From SAR202 cluster bacterium (GTDB lineage Bacteria > Chloroflexota > Dehalococcoidia > Lucifugimonadales > UBA2962): a DNA stretch of 64,000 nucleotides. Made by a program: the position numbers and the translations under genes. Location: positions 79,892 to 143,891 of the forward strand of contig JAKUTS010000001.1 in NCBI GenBank assembly GCA_022447925.1. Reading direction: 5' to 3'. The notes below the pieces were generated by a model. The model saw only the letters and a program-made list of their open reading frames with translations, was not told the DNA's origin and searched no databases. How positions within the stretch are numbered: position 1 is the stretch's first letter; the number at the start of each line of letters is the position of its first letter. This document shows positions 54,057 through 62,579 of this stretch, piece after piece.

Positions 54057-54965
54057 GTGCCATGTTTTGATAATATGATTGGTATGGTTGAATTAACTGA
54101 AAAGAGAACGCCTAGACGCTTGCCCTCTTGGCTGAAGGTTAAAGCTCCAGGTAGTGCAAAATACTTAGAGTTAAAACAGTTATTAAAGGAAGGCGCCCTT
54201 AATACAGTATGTGAAGAGGCGCATTGCCCAAATATTGGTGAATGTTGGACCCTCGGAACAGCTACTTTTATGATATTGGGTGACACTTGCACTCGGGCAT
54301 GTGCGTATTGTGCGGTAAATACAGGTAAGCCTCAGGAACCAGACTTATTTGAACCTGCTCGTCTTGCCCAAACCGTCGAAAGAATGAAATTGGAATATGC
54401 TGTCATAACATCTGTTGATAGAGATGATTTAAAAGACGGCGGAGCATCCTTTTTTGCTTCTTGTATACGTCTTATTAATAAACGAGTGCCTGATTGCAAG
54501 GTGGAAGTATTGATACCAGATTTCAATGGAGATCAAAGTGCGCTCAAAACTGTTATGAATTCTGAACCTAGCACCTTAAACCATAATATAGAGACTGTTC
54601 GCAGAATCTTTCCTAAAGTAAGACCGAAGGGCGACTATGACATGTCTCTTAAATTGCTTGAGAAGGCGAAAATTCTTAAACCTGACATTCCGACAAAATC
54701 TGGAATGATGGTAGGTTTAGGTGAAACTTACAGTGAAATTAGTGAAACCTTGAGGGATTTGAGAAGTTCTGATTGTGATTTATTAACCGTCGGACAGTAT
54801 TTACGGCCTTCTCAAAAACATTGGCCAGTAGTCAAATGGTATACAAATACCGATTTCATGAAAATAAAAGAAGAAGGATTATCTCTTGGGTTCAAGCATG
54901 TCGCAGCGGGACCTTTGGTGCGCAGTTCTTATCATGCAAATGAGCAGCATGAAGCTGCACTATAA
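54057..54965 (+). CDS. lipA: lipoyl synthase
   Basis: Auxiliary cluster CEEAHCPNIGEC. Radical-SAM CTRACAYC. C-terminal RSSYHA. The start could be one of the downstream Met codons (MIGMVEL...). Confidence 0.95.
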   Translation: MPCFDNMIGMVELTEKRTPRRLPSWLKVKAPGSAKYLELKQLLKEGALNTVCEEAHCPNIGECWTLGTATFMILGDTCTRACAYCAVNTGKPQEPDLFEPARLAQTVERMKLEYAVITSVDRDDLKDGGASFFASCIRLINKRVPDCKVEVLIPDFNGDQSALKTVMNSEPSTLNHNIETVRRIFPKVRPKGDYDMSLKLLEKAKILKPDIPTKSGMMVGLGETYSEISETLRDLRSSDCDLLTVGQYLRPSQKHWPVVKWYTNTDFMKIKEEGLSLGFKHVAAGPLVRSSYHANEQHEAAL

Positions 54966-54971
54966 CGCTTT

Positions 54972-55388
54972 CTAGTTTAGCGTGTACGGCATCATCCAGC
55001 CGAAAACACCTGCGAATATCAATATAATTGGTAATGCTTTTACGAGCACAGTTTTATTCATATATGCAATGATTAATATCGTTGAGGCAGGAAAGATAAG
55101 AGTCACCAAAGTAAAAACCAAGTTAGGACTTCCAAGTCCATTCGCAGGATTTATTTTTTCTAACAACACAAATGCTGCGCCATGAATTATTCCCACAATA
55201 GACCACATAATATAAATAAGGCCAATCATTATAAGAACAAAAAGTGTAGGGCTTCGTCGAGTATTGACATATTTTATTACTTTAGACTCAGCAGTTATAT
55301 ATTTAGTGAATATCAATGCGCCTCCTGAAACAAACACTGAAGCCATTAACAAGCCTAAAAGTGCACCGGCAATTATTGCTTCAATCAT
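54972..55388 (-). CDS. small 4-TM membrane protein, function unknown
   Basis: 138 aa with four hydrophobic segments. The ORF fills the lipA-ispE gap. No recognisable motif. Confidence 0.5.
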   Translation of the reverse strand: MIEAIIAGALLGLLMASVFVSGGALIFTKYITAESKVIKYVNTRRSPTLFVLIMIGLIYIMWSIVGIIHGAAFVLLEKINPANGLGSPNLVFTLVTLIFPASTILIIAYMNKTVLVKALPIILIFAGVFGWMMPYTLN

Positions 55389-55394
55389 TAATGC

Positions 55395-56264
55395 TTAGTT
55401 CCATTCAACTGCCTTAGTTGGCTCTACTACGTACGATTTGAAACCTGTTTTTTTATTTAGTAACAACGAAAGGGCAGTAGCTATTTCTCTGGATTCAACA
55501 AGAGTGAATAATGATGGTCCAGCCCCACATATATGAATTTCTTCACTCCAAATCTCTGAAAATATTTGGAGCGTTGATTTTAATTCAGGAAACAATTCAC
55601 TTGAAATCGGATCAAAAACATTGAACAGTAATTCAGGGGGAATGTCACCCCTGCTTCTTATTCTCGATTCAAGTTTCCGAGTCAAAGCCCCTTTTGTGTA
55701 ATGACTAGATGTCACTTTGCTAAACATAAGCCTAGTCTTGTTATTAATTGGTATATCAGGCGATAGGATCACAGCATATTTTATGTTTGCCTGTGGTAGC
55801 GTTCGTATAATATCCCCTTTCCCTTGTACCATTGCAGTGCCATTATGCAAGAAAAATGTTATATCAGAGCCGAAAGATCTTGCGATAGGGCTTAACTGAT
55901 CAATCTTCAATCCCAATCCCCATAATTTATTTAAGCCAATCAAAGTAGTGGCTGCGTCGCTACTACCACCTCCAAGCCCAGCTGCAACTGGTATATTTTT
56001 AGACAGAGTAATTTTTGCTCCTGTTGATATTTTGTACTGATTCCGCAAAGCGTTAGCGACCAAGTATGCTAGATTGGACTCCTTTTTGATTAGTATGTTC
56101 GAGCAAAATATCTCTAATTCAGAGGATTCTTCTATTTTGATTTCATCACATAGATTTACCGAGACAATAATTGATGTTAAGTCATGAAACTGATCAGGCC
56201 GTTTACCCAAAATCTCTAATGTCAAATTTATCTTAGCAGGAGCAAGTAGGTTTAATTGACTCAA
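55395..56264 (-). CDS. ispE: 4-(cytidine 5'-diphospho)-2-C-methyl-D-erythritol kinase
   Basis: N-terminal APAKINLTLEILGKR and GHMP-kinase motif PVAAGLGGGSSDAA. 289 aa. Overlaps the rsmA stop by 4 nt. Confidence 0.9.
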   Translation of the reverse strand: MSQLNLLAPAKINLTLEILGKRPDQFHDLTSIIVSVNLCDEIKIEESSELEIFCSNILIKKESNLAYLVANALRNQYKISTGAKITLSKNIPVAAGLGGGSSDAATTLIGLNKLWGLGLKIDQLSPIARSFGSDITFFLHNGTAMVQGKGDIIRTLPQANIKYAVILSPDIPINNKTRLMFSKVTSSHYTKGALTRKLESRIRSRGDIPPELLFNVFDPISSELFPELKSTLQIFSEIWSEEIHICGAGPSLFTLVESREIATALSLLLNKKTGFKSYVVEPTKAVEWN

Positions 56265-57061
56265 AACTTAACTCCCATCTCATAAAAAATCATATATAGT
56301 TTTTCCCAGTCTGATATTGATAAAACTTGAGGTCTAGATTTCGAATCGATTCCGGCTGTTTCCAAAGCGTCCACAATTTTCACTTTAGATAAGTCCGTAG
56401 CGTTTTCAAAGCAATTATGTATTTGTTTTCTGGGTGCAGAAAAACCGGCCCTAACCATTGCTAGAAAGTCGGATTTTGGAAATTGATTTGTTGAAAGTTT
56501 ATTATGTGGTGTCAAAGATATGACCGTTGATTTTACTTTTGGCTTTGGACTAAATACTGAGGGACCTACCGTGAAAAGTTTTTGGATTGAACATTCTGAT
56601 TGAAACTCAACTGAAAGATAACCCATTTTACCGGGCTGAGCAGCAATCAGGTCGGCCACTTCTTTTTGCAACATTGCAGTAATTAAACAGGGTTTATGAT
56701 TCAAATTTACGTAATGTCGGATAATAGGTGAAGCAACGTTATAAGGCAGATTTCCGATCATTTTGTAGCTAGTGGTTGGTGTGATTAATGTTTCTATATT
56801 GAAGTTTAATGCGTCATCATTTACCACGGTTACATTAGGTTTTGACTCAAATTTTAATTGCAATCTTTTTGATAGAAGATCATCCATTTCTATGCAAATA
56901 AGAGTTTTAACTTTATTGGCTAGAATGTCGGTTAAAACACCTTTGCCAGGGCCTATCTCTACTACTGTGTCATTGTGTGAAGGGGAAATAGCATCAACAA
57001 TGCGATCCGCCACACTTATATCTACTAAAAAATTTTGCCCAAGGGACTTCTTCGCTTTCAT
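56261..57061 (-). CDS. rsmA: 16S rRNA (adenine1518/1519-N6)-dimethyltransferase
   Basis: Motifs KKSLGQNFL, VVEIGPGKGVLT and GNLPYNV. 266 aa. Confidence 0.95.
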   Translation of the reverse strand: MKAKKSLGQNFLVDISVADRIVDAISPSHNDTVVEIGPGKGVLTDILANKVKTLICIEMDDLLSKRLQLKFESKPNVTVVNDDALNFNIETLITPTTSYKMIGNLPYNVASPIIRHYVNLNHKPCLITAMLQKEVADLIAAQPGKMGYLSVEFQSECSIQKLFTVGPSVFSPKPKVKSTVISLTPHNKLSTNQFPKSDFLAMVRAGFSAPRKQIHNCFENATDLSKVKIVDALETAGIDSKSRPQVLSISDWEKLYMIFYEMGVKF

Positions 57062-57118
57062 TACTCACTTGTTTTAAGGCTAAAAGCTTTCTTTTTGGAA
57101 CATCTACGAAACTTTGGT

Positions 57119-57387
57119 GGCTGCGCACCCACTGTCGATCTTTTCGATGTCACTTAAATTAATAGACCGACTCAAGTCAGGCGATCCCACGGCACCCGAA
57201 ATGACTTACTTGCCGCTGCTTCCTTCCGGACCTGACGGGGTTCGGTAAGCTTTCGTCGCGTAGGACCCAACTCTCAACATCGAACCAAAAAGACATTGGT
57301 GAATCAAATTGACCTTCATAGGGAATTCAGTCTCGCTGTAGCGGATTGCGAGTATAGGGCACCGCTAGCTCCCCACCTAGCACAGCC
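57119..57387 (-). ncRNA. ffs: signal recognition particle RNA, long (Alu-domain-containing) bacterial form
   Basis: The minus strand contains GUCAGGUCCGGAAGGAAGCAGC, identical to the conserved domain IV 5' strand of 4.5S/SRP RNA. The partner strand GGGUGCCG is present. The predicted ends pair (5' GGCUGUGC / 3' GCGCAGCC). Length is about 269 nt. Ends are uncertain by about 10 nt. Confidence 0.9.
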
Positions 57388-57393
57388 AAGTTA

Positions 57394-57423
57394 ATCTTAA
57401 GGCTCAGTGATCTGTTTGTGCAA
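57394..57423 (-). promoter_or_regulatory. sigma70-like promoter for the SRP RNA
   Basis: Minus strand reads TTGCAC (57423-57418), 18 nt, TAAGAT (57399-57394), 6 nt, then G at 57387, which coincides with the predicted SRP RNA 5' end. Confidence 0.5.
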
Positions 57424-57493
57424 CCCGTTTGAATAGCCAATTAATCTCATCAGTGTAATTGAAATTTAAGAATTAAATAACAAGTTATTGTTT

Positions 57494-59338
57494 TTACCTC
57501 TCAATTTTTAATATTGAAAGGAAGGCTTCTTGTGGTATTTCTACACGGCCTACTTTTTTCATTCGCTTCTTACCCTCAGCCTGTTTTTCTAACAACTTTC
57601 TTTTTCGGGTAACGTCGCCACCATAACATTTAGCTAGAACATTTTTGCGTAAGGCACGGACTGTCTCTCTTGCCAGTATCTTGTTTCCTATAGATGCTTG
57701 AATTGGAACTTCGAATAGTTGTCTAGGGATGAGGTCCTTTAATTTTGCTGTCAAATCCCGGCCATGTTGGTAGGCATTTGTTTTATGAGACACAAATGAC
57801 AGTGCATCCACTGTTTCCCCATTAACTAGGATTTCTAGTTTGACTAGCTTTCCTGGCCTATAATCTGACATAGAATAATCCATCGATGCATATCCCTGTG
57901 TACGAGATTTTAACTGGTCGGCGAAGTCGATCAAAACTTCTGATAGCGGAACTTTATATTCGAACATTACTCGATGTCCCTGTGCCACTCCAGGATCGAA
58001 ATCATCTCCGGAAGATTGAATGTATTCCATTTTTTCAAGCTCACCCCTACGACCGTTGACTAGTTCCATAATTGTTCCTATATAACTGTCGGGTGCCAAT
58101 ATATTTAAATTTAACCAAGGTTCTTTTATTTCAGATATTGTTTGCGGAGCAGGCATCTCGGCCGGATTATCAATTTCTAAGGATGAACCATCGGTTAATG
58201 AGATCTGATATGCTACTCCAGGAGCAGTTGCAAGTAGGGTTAAGTTATATTCCCTTTCTAATCTTTCCTGAATTATTTCCATATGAAGTAATCCTAGAAA
58301 TCCACATCTAAAACCTGGCCCTAGCGCTGTTGATTGCTCTGGTTGATATGTTAAAGCAGCATCATTTATCGCTAATTTTTCTAATGCGTCTCTAAGATCA
58401 GAATAGCTCTCCCCATCGGCAGGGTATAACCCTGCAAAAACCATTGGTTTTGTTGCATGGTAAGTTTCCCAAGGTGATGCGGATCCGTTAAAAAGTGTTG
58501 TTATAGTGTCGCCCACCGGCGCATCCCCAACTTGCTTGAAACCAGTGGCAATATAACCTACCTCTCCCGTATTCAAATGTTCTGTTGGAGATTCCTTTGG
58601 GCTAAATGCTCCAACTTCCAGTGATTCTCCAGTGGTTCCTTTAGCCATTAATTTTAGTTTGGAACGTGAAGGAATAGATCCGTCAAATACTCTCACGTAT
58701 GCAATAACACCTTTATACGGATCGTATTTCGAATCAAAAATAAGCGCGCGCAATGGTCCAGTCGAGTCACCTTTCGGTGACGGTATTCTATTCACGATTG
58801 CATCCAATAAATCACGAACCCCATCTCCAGTTTTACCGGAAACATAAATAACTTCGGATTCATTGAACCCGAAGCTTTCACATACTTCGGACGCTACTCG
58901 CTTTGGTTCTGCTGCATCAAGATCGATTTTATTTATTACAGGTATAATTTTTAAATCGCGTTCTATTGCCAAATATACATTTGCTAAAGTTTGTGCCTGA
59001 ATTCCCTGTGTGGCATCAATAACCAGAAGAGCTCCCTCGCAGGCAGCTAAAGATCTAGAAACTTCATATGTGAAATCTACGTGCCCGGGGGTGTCTATAA
59101 GGTTTAGTTGAAAGATCGACTTGTCAGTTGACTGGTGTGATAGGCGTACGGCTTGGGCCTTTATGGTAATACCCCTTTCTCTCTCTAGGTCCATCGTATC
59201 AAGATGTTGTTCCAAGAGGTCTCGTGAACTTACGGCGCCGGTTTCCGCAATTAACCTATCTGCAAGAGTGGACTTGCCGTGATCAATGTGAGCTATGATA
59301 CAGAAATTACGGATGTTGGAAATGTGTGTCGATGTCAT
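57494..59338 (-). CDS. lepA: translation elongation factor 4 (LepA)
   Basis: Motifs IRNFCIIAHIDHGKSTLADRL, DTPGHVDF and NKID, with the LepA-specific C-terminal domain (...YGGDVTRKRKLLEKQAEGKKRMK). 614 aa. Confidence 0.97.
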   Translation of the reverse strand: MTSTHISNIRNFCIIAHIDHGKSTLADRLIAETGAVSSRDLLEQHLDTMDLERERGITIKAQAVRLSHQSTDKSIFQLNLIDTPGHVDFTYEVSRSLAACEGALLVIDATQGIQAQTLANVYLAIERDLKIIPVINKIDLDAAEPKRVASEVCESFGFNESEVIYVSGKTGDGVRDLLDAIVNRIPSPKGDSTGPLRALIFDSKYDPYKGVIAYVRVFDGSIPSRSKLKLMAKGTTGESLEVGAFSPKESPTEHLNTGEVGYIATGFKQVGDAPVGDTITTLFNGSASPWETYHATKPMVFAGLYPADGESYSDLRDALEKLAINDAALTYQPEQSTALGPGFRCGFLGLLHMEIIQERLEREYNLTLLATAPGVAYQISLTDGSSLEIDNPAEMPAPQTISEIKEPWLNLNILAPDSYIGTIMELVNGRRGELEKMEYIQSSGDDFDPGVAQGHRVMFEYKVPLSEVLIDFADQLKSRTQGYASMDYSMSDYRPGKLVKLEILVNGETVDALSFVSHKTNAYQHGRDLTAKLKDLIPRQLFEVPIQASIGNKILARETVRALRKNVLAKCYGGDVTRKRKLLEKQAEGKKRMKKVGRVEIPQEAFLSILKIER

Positions 59339-59424
59339 TATTCTAATAACTGAATTCTTTTTTTTATTTAAGTTGTTGAACTGGAGTTAATAGAGAGCTT
59401 ATTATTGGTACAATTATTTTAAAC

Positions 59425-59506
59425 TGGGGAAGGAGGGACTCGAACCCACACGCCTTACGGCACATGATCCTAAATCATGCTCGTCTACCAATTCCGACAC
59501 TTCCCC
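59425..59506 (-). tRNA. tRNA-Leu (anticodon UAG), CCA not encoded
   Basis: Minus strand reads GGGGAAGTGTCGGAATTGGTAGACGAGCATGATTTAGGATCATGTGCCGTAAGGCGTGTGGGTTCGAGTCCCTCCTTCCCCA. It has a 7-bp acceptor stem, anticodon arm CATGA-TTTAGGA-TCATG, a long variable arm and a GGTTCGAGTCC T-loop. A TATAAT box lies at 59524-59529 upstream. Confidence 0.95.
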
Positions 59507-59609
59507 GAATTGATACTAATGTGATTATATCTTTGAGAGTCGAGCTAAGCACAATAAAAATAGGTTGTTTTAAAATATCTAAATCAATTTTTCGGGAAAA
59601 TATTATTAA

Positions 59610-60392
59610 ATGATTCCTATGCTACTCATGGGCTTATGCCAAGGTTTATTCGAGTGGTTGCCAGTTTCCTCAGAGGGGATGATAGCAACTATATATTCAT
59701 TTGTTTTTGAAAAAAGTTATCAAGAGTCCATACAGTTTGCACTATGGTTGCATTTGGGAACTGTACCTTCTGCTGTAATTGTTTTTAGGAAATCCTTGTG
59801 GAATCTAGCTGCAGAATTCACTAATTCAGATCGCGAGTATTCATCTAAGCTGAGGTTTCTGATCATCTCAACCTTAATAAGCGCTCCCATTGGTTTTGGC
59901 ATATACCTTGGAGTGGATGAGCTAACACAGGTTGCAGGAAGTTTATTTATGGTTTTTGTTGGAGTAGCTATGATCATGACAGGTTTAGTTCAATTGAGAT
60001 ACAGAGTTTTCAACCCTCAACCTAAATCTGAACTGAATTTTATTGATGGTATTTTTGCCGGGATTGCACAAGGAATATCCGTGATTCCCGGATTAAGCCG
60101 ATCTGGCATGACAATATCCGTATTAACTCTTCGCGGAGTAGATCGCAGAGAGGTTTTGGCGCTTAGTTATATTATGGGCATTCCTGTAAGCTTAGGAGCA
60201 GCTTTATGGATAGGTATTACACAGGGATTCACGTGGTCTATCGGAGCCCTATTATCTGCGTTAATCGCTTTTGTAATTGGGTTATTTGCTATTAAGTTAT
60301 TAATATTTGTATCTAATAAGGTAAATTTAGGATTATTCATCATTGTTACCGGATTATTGATAATTGCAGGAGGCATATTTACAAATGTTTAA
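59610..60392 (+). CDS. uppP: undecaprenyl-diphosphate phosphatase (BacA/UppP family), divergent at the conserved His position
   Basis: Motifs QGLFEWLPVSSEG ((E/Q)xxxE...PxSS) and PGLSRSGMTIS (PGxSRSxxT). 260 aa, about 8 TM segments. Confidence 0.85.
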   Translation: MIPMLLMGLCQGLFEWLPVSSEGMIATIYSFVFEKSYQESIQFALWLHLGTVPSAVIVFRKSLWNLAAEFTNSDREYSSKLRFLIISTLISAPIGFGIYLGVDELTQVAGSLFMVFVGVAMIMTGLVQLRYRVFNPQPKSELNFIDGIFAGIAQGISVIPGLSRSGMTISVLTLRGVDRREVLALSYIMGIPVSLGAALWIGITQGFTWSIGALLSALIAFVIGLFAIKLLIFVSNKVNLGLFIIVTGLLIIAGGIFTNV

Positions 60393-60438
60393 TTGCAAAT
60401 ATGACCACCGTTATGGCACTATAAAATAGTTAATAGAT

Positions 60439-60570
60439 ATGAGCGATACAATAAACGAAATAGGTACAAGATTAATATGCTCCTCGTGTGCAGCAGAGTT
60501 TGTTATTACAAGGCCAGGAAATGGAGAATTGACTTGCTGTGAAACTACACTTAAGGTGAAGGAAAGTTAA
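60439..60570 (+). CDS. desulforedoxin-like small Fe/Zn(Cys)4 protein (43 aa)
   Basis: Translation MSDTINEIGTRLICSSCAAEFVITRPGNGELTCCETTLKVKES. The CxxC-15 aa-CC spacing is identical to desulforedoxin (C-x2-C-x15-C-C). There is no clear RBS. The ORF is below the track cutoff. Confidence 0.5.
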   Translation: MSDTINEIGTRLICSSCAAEFVITRPGNGELTCCETTLKVKES

Positions 60571-60713
60571 TGGCAACTCAGCTTGGCAAGCGCTACAGAT
60601 CAATTGAAACTGGAGTCACATTATTATGTGTAAAACAGGGGAGCGGAGATCTGAAATGTAACGGCCAGCAGATGGTAGTTCAAGAACCAAAACGGTTACC
60701 ATCATCTGACTAA
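60570..60713 (+). CDS. degenerate desulforedoxin-like paralogue (47 aa) retaining one of four ligand Cys
   Basis: Translation MATQLGKRYRSIETGVTLLCVKQGSGDLKCNGQQMVVQEPKRLPSSD. TAATG overlap with the upstream ORF and a GAAGGAAAG RBS. It aligns to the upstream ORF with SxxT in place of CxxC and KC in place of CC. Confidence 0.4.
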   Translation: MATQLGKRYRSIETGVTLLCVKQGSGDLKCNGQQMVVQEPKRLPSSD

Positions 60714-61895
60714 TTAAAATTCTATAATTACCGGTGAAGTTTGCATTTCAGTAGTGGGTATAGGGCCATCCTCAGATAGAAATACATCTATTTCAGACCT
60801 TACTCCAAATTCAGGGAGATAAATTCCTGGTTCTATAGAGAAACAAATGCCCGGTATGATATTTCTTGTATCGTATGTTTCGTAAGAATCAAGGTTAACT
60901 GCGTTAGAATGGATTTCTTTTCCGATGCTGTGTCCAAGTCGATGTTTAAAATATTCGCCATAACCGGCCTTGAATATATATTCTCGTGCAATCTTATCTA
61001 TCTCATAACCTTTTACAAGTCTTCCTTTTTGATGTGCGTTTATAAGGTAATCTAGTGCACAGTCTCTAGCTCCAATCACAATATCAAATACATTTTGATT
61101 CTTTGTTGGAATTTTATTTCCTACGTAGCCAGTCCAAGTAATGTCAGCTGCCATGCTACCTTCTTCTGCCAAGCTGGACCATAAATCTATTAATACCCAA
61201 TCAGACTTTTGTATTACTGAAGAGTTTTCTTTATCAGGCTCGTAATGAGGATCAGATGAGTGTGAATTGGTTGCTACAACAGGCCCGTCTGTGATTTCCA
61301 TATTTTCCTCAATGAATCTGGATCTAATAAATTCTGCAACTTGAAACTCAGTTACTTTATTACTTAAATTATCTCCAATATAACTAAATGCTTCATAAAC
61401 AATTTGAGTAAGCAAGCTGGAAGCTTTTTCATGAGATTTTAAATCATTATTGGACCAAACTTGAGTAGAATATTGAAATAAGTCTGCTGACGAAACAACT
61501 TCGACACCTGCCTGTTTGACTAATTCTATTGTGCCAGCATCTACCCTTGACACTCTGGGAAGTTCGCAATTAGGTGAATATTCCATCGCAATCGTTTTTG
61601 AATGCCTTAATGTTTCGCCTAAAACATCTATCATCTCGACGCGACTAGACCAGGATAACTTTGCAATGTTGGTTTTTGGAAATCTTTCAATGTCAACAGT
61701 ACTTGAGAGTATCAAGGGGTCACTATTTACGGGTATCCAAAACCAGTAAGGGCGTGTCATATTCGGCACATGTCCAATTGTATCTTCCATTACGGGGTTG
61801 GAATAACGATAATCATATATTAACCAACCATCTATTGAATTTGACGACATAAATTCCTTAGATTTTAAGACTGTGTTTTCTATAGATTGACTCAA
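60714..61895 (-). CDS. M24-family Xaa-Pro aminopeptidase/dipeptidase
   Basis: Pita-bread fold metal ligand motifs (DLWSS...D, HRLGHSIG, FSIEPGIY, SEIDV). 393 aa. Its stop abuts the convergent small ORF with zero spacing. Confidence 0.85.
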   Translation of the reverse strand: MSQSIENTVLKSKEFMSSNSIDGWLIYDYRYSNPVMEDTIGHVPNMTRPYWFWIPVNSDPLILSSTVDIERFPKTNIAKLSWSSRVEMIDVLGETLRHSKTIAMEYSPNCELPRVSRVDAGTIELVKQAGVEVVSSADLFQYSTQVWSNNDLKSHEKASSLLTQIVYEAFSYIGDNLSNKVTEFQVAEFIRSRFIEENMEITDGPVVATNSHSSDPHYEPDKENSSVIQKSDWVLIDLWSSLAEEGSMAADITWTGYVGNKIPTKNQNVFDIVIGARDCALDYLINAHQKGRLVKGYEIDKIAREYIFKAGYGEYFKHRLGHSIGKEIHSNAVNLDSYETYDTRNIIPGICFSIEPGIYLPEFGVRSEIDVFLSEDGPIPTTEMQTSPVIIEF

Positions 61896-61910
61896 CTGAT
61901 TAATATCCTT

Positions 61911-62534
61911 TTAATTTAAATTGTCCCAGCGATTTCTGTAAGCCATATTGTATTCATTTGGAGTATTTAAATCTAAACTAATTTCATTAGAATCAATTGG
62001 AATTCTTTTTACGCTTTTTTCATTTCTAATTATCACATCTCTAATTCCTTGTTTTTCTTCTGTAATTGACAACAGTTCTGATTTCAGATCAGCAGAGAAT
62101 ATTATTGGATGGCCGCCCTTACCGAGATAAGTTGGTGATGTGATTTGCCTTTTATCCCAACTATGAGAGTCTATTACTTTGTTGATTAAGGATGCTGATC
62201 GAGGTTGATCTATAGCTATTAGTAAAATTGCTTGGGCATCCTCTTTAACTAGCTGCAGGCCAGCTTTAATGGACCCTGATTTCCCATTCTTGTATTGTTT
62301 GTTTATTACGTAATCCACTTTATCGCCTGATATGTAATTGACAATTTTATCTGCCTGATGGCCCAAAACAACAATGATTTGATCAACATTGGAAGCTGAT
62401 AACTGCGATACTTGGTATTCGATCAATTTGACGTCTTTACCCAAATTGATATCTGGCCATTTAAGTAACGGTTTAGGTCTTCCCATTCTTGACGATTCAC
62501 CTGCACTTGTTAATATTGCTGTGATCATTGACAA
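61911..62534 (-). CDS. MobA/MocA-like nucleotidyltransferase (molybdenum cofactor cytidylyl/guanylyl-transferase family)
   Basis: N-terminal ILTSAGESSRMGRPKPLL motif (LAAGxSxRMG.xK) and DQP (AIDQPR). 207 aa. Lies downstream of xdhC. Confidence 0.75.
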   Translation of the reverse strand: MSMITAILTSAGESSRMGRPKPLLKWPDINLGKDVKLIEYQVSQLSASNVDQIIVVLGHQADKIVNYISGDKVDYVINKQYKNGKSGSIKAGLQLVKEDAQAILLIAIDQPRSASLINKVIDSHSWDKRQITSPTYLGKGGHPIIFSADLKSELLSITEEKQGIRDVIIRNEKSVKRIPIDSNEISLDLNTPNEYNMAYRNRWDNLN

Positions 62535-62579
62535 GTCTTTTTTAATGTTCTAGGAGTAAATATTTTTAACGTTGCTGAG

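Noticed and set aside
57113-57135. Minus-strand sequence ...GGGTGCGCAGCCACCA resembles a tmRNA/tRNA-like 3' end (GCCACCA), which suggested an ssrA gene.
   Set aside because: The same transcript contains the exact SRP RNA domain IV motif GUCAGGUCCGGAAGGAAGCAGC. It has no tag-peptide reading frame and no T-arm GGTTCGAATCC-type sequence. The GCAGCC simply pairs with the SRP RNA 5' end.
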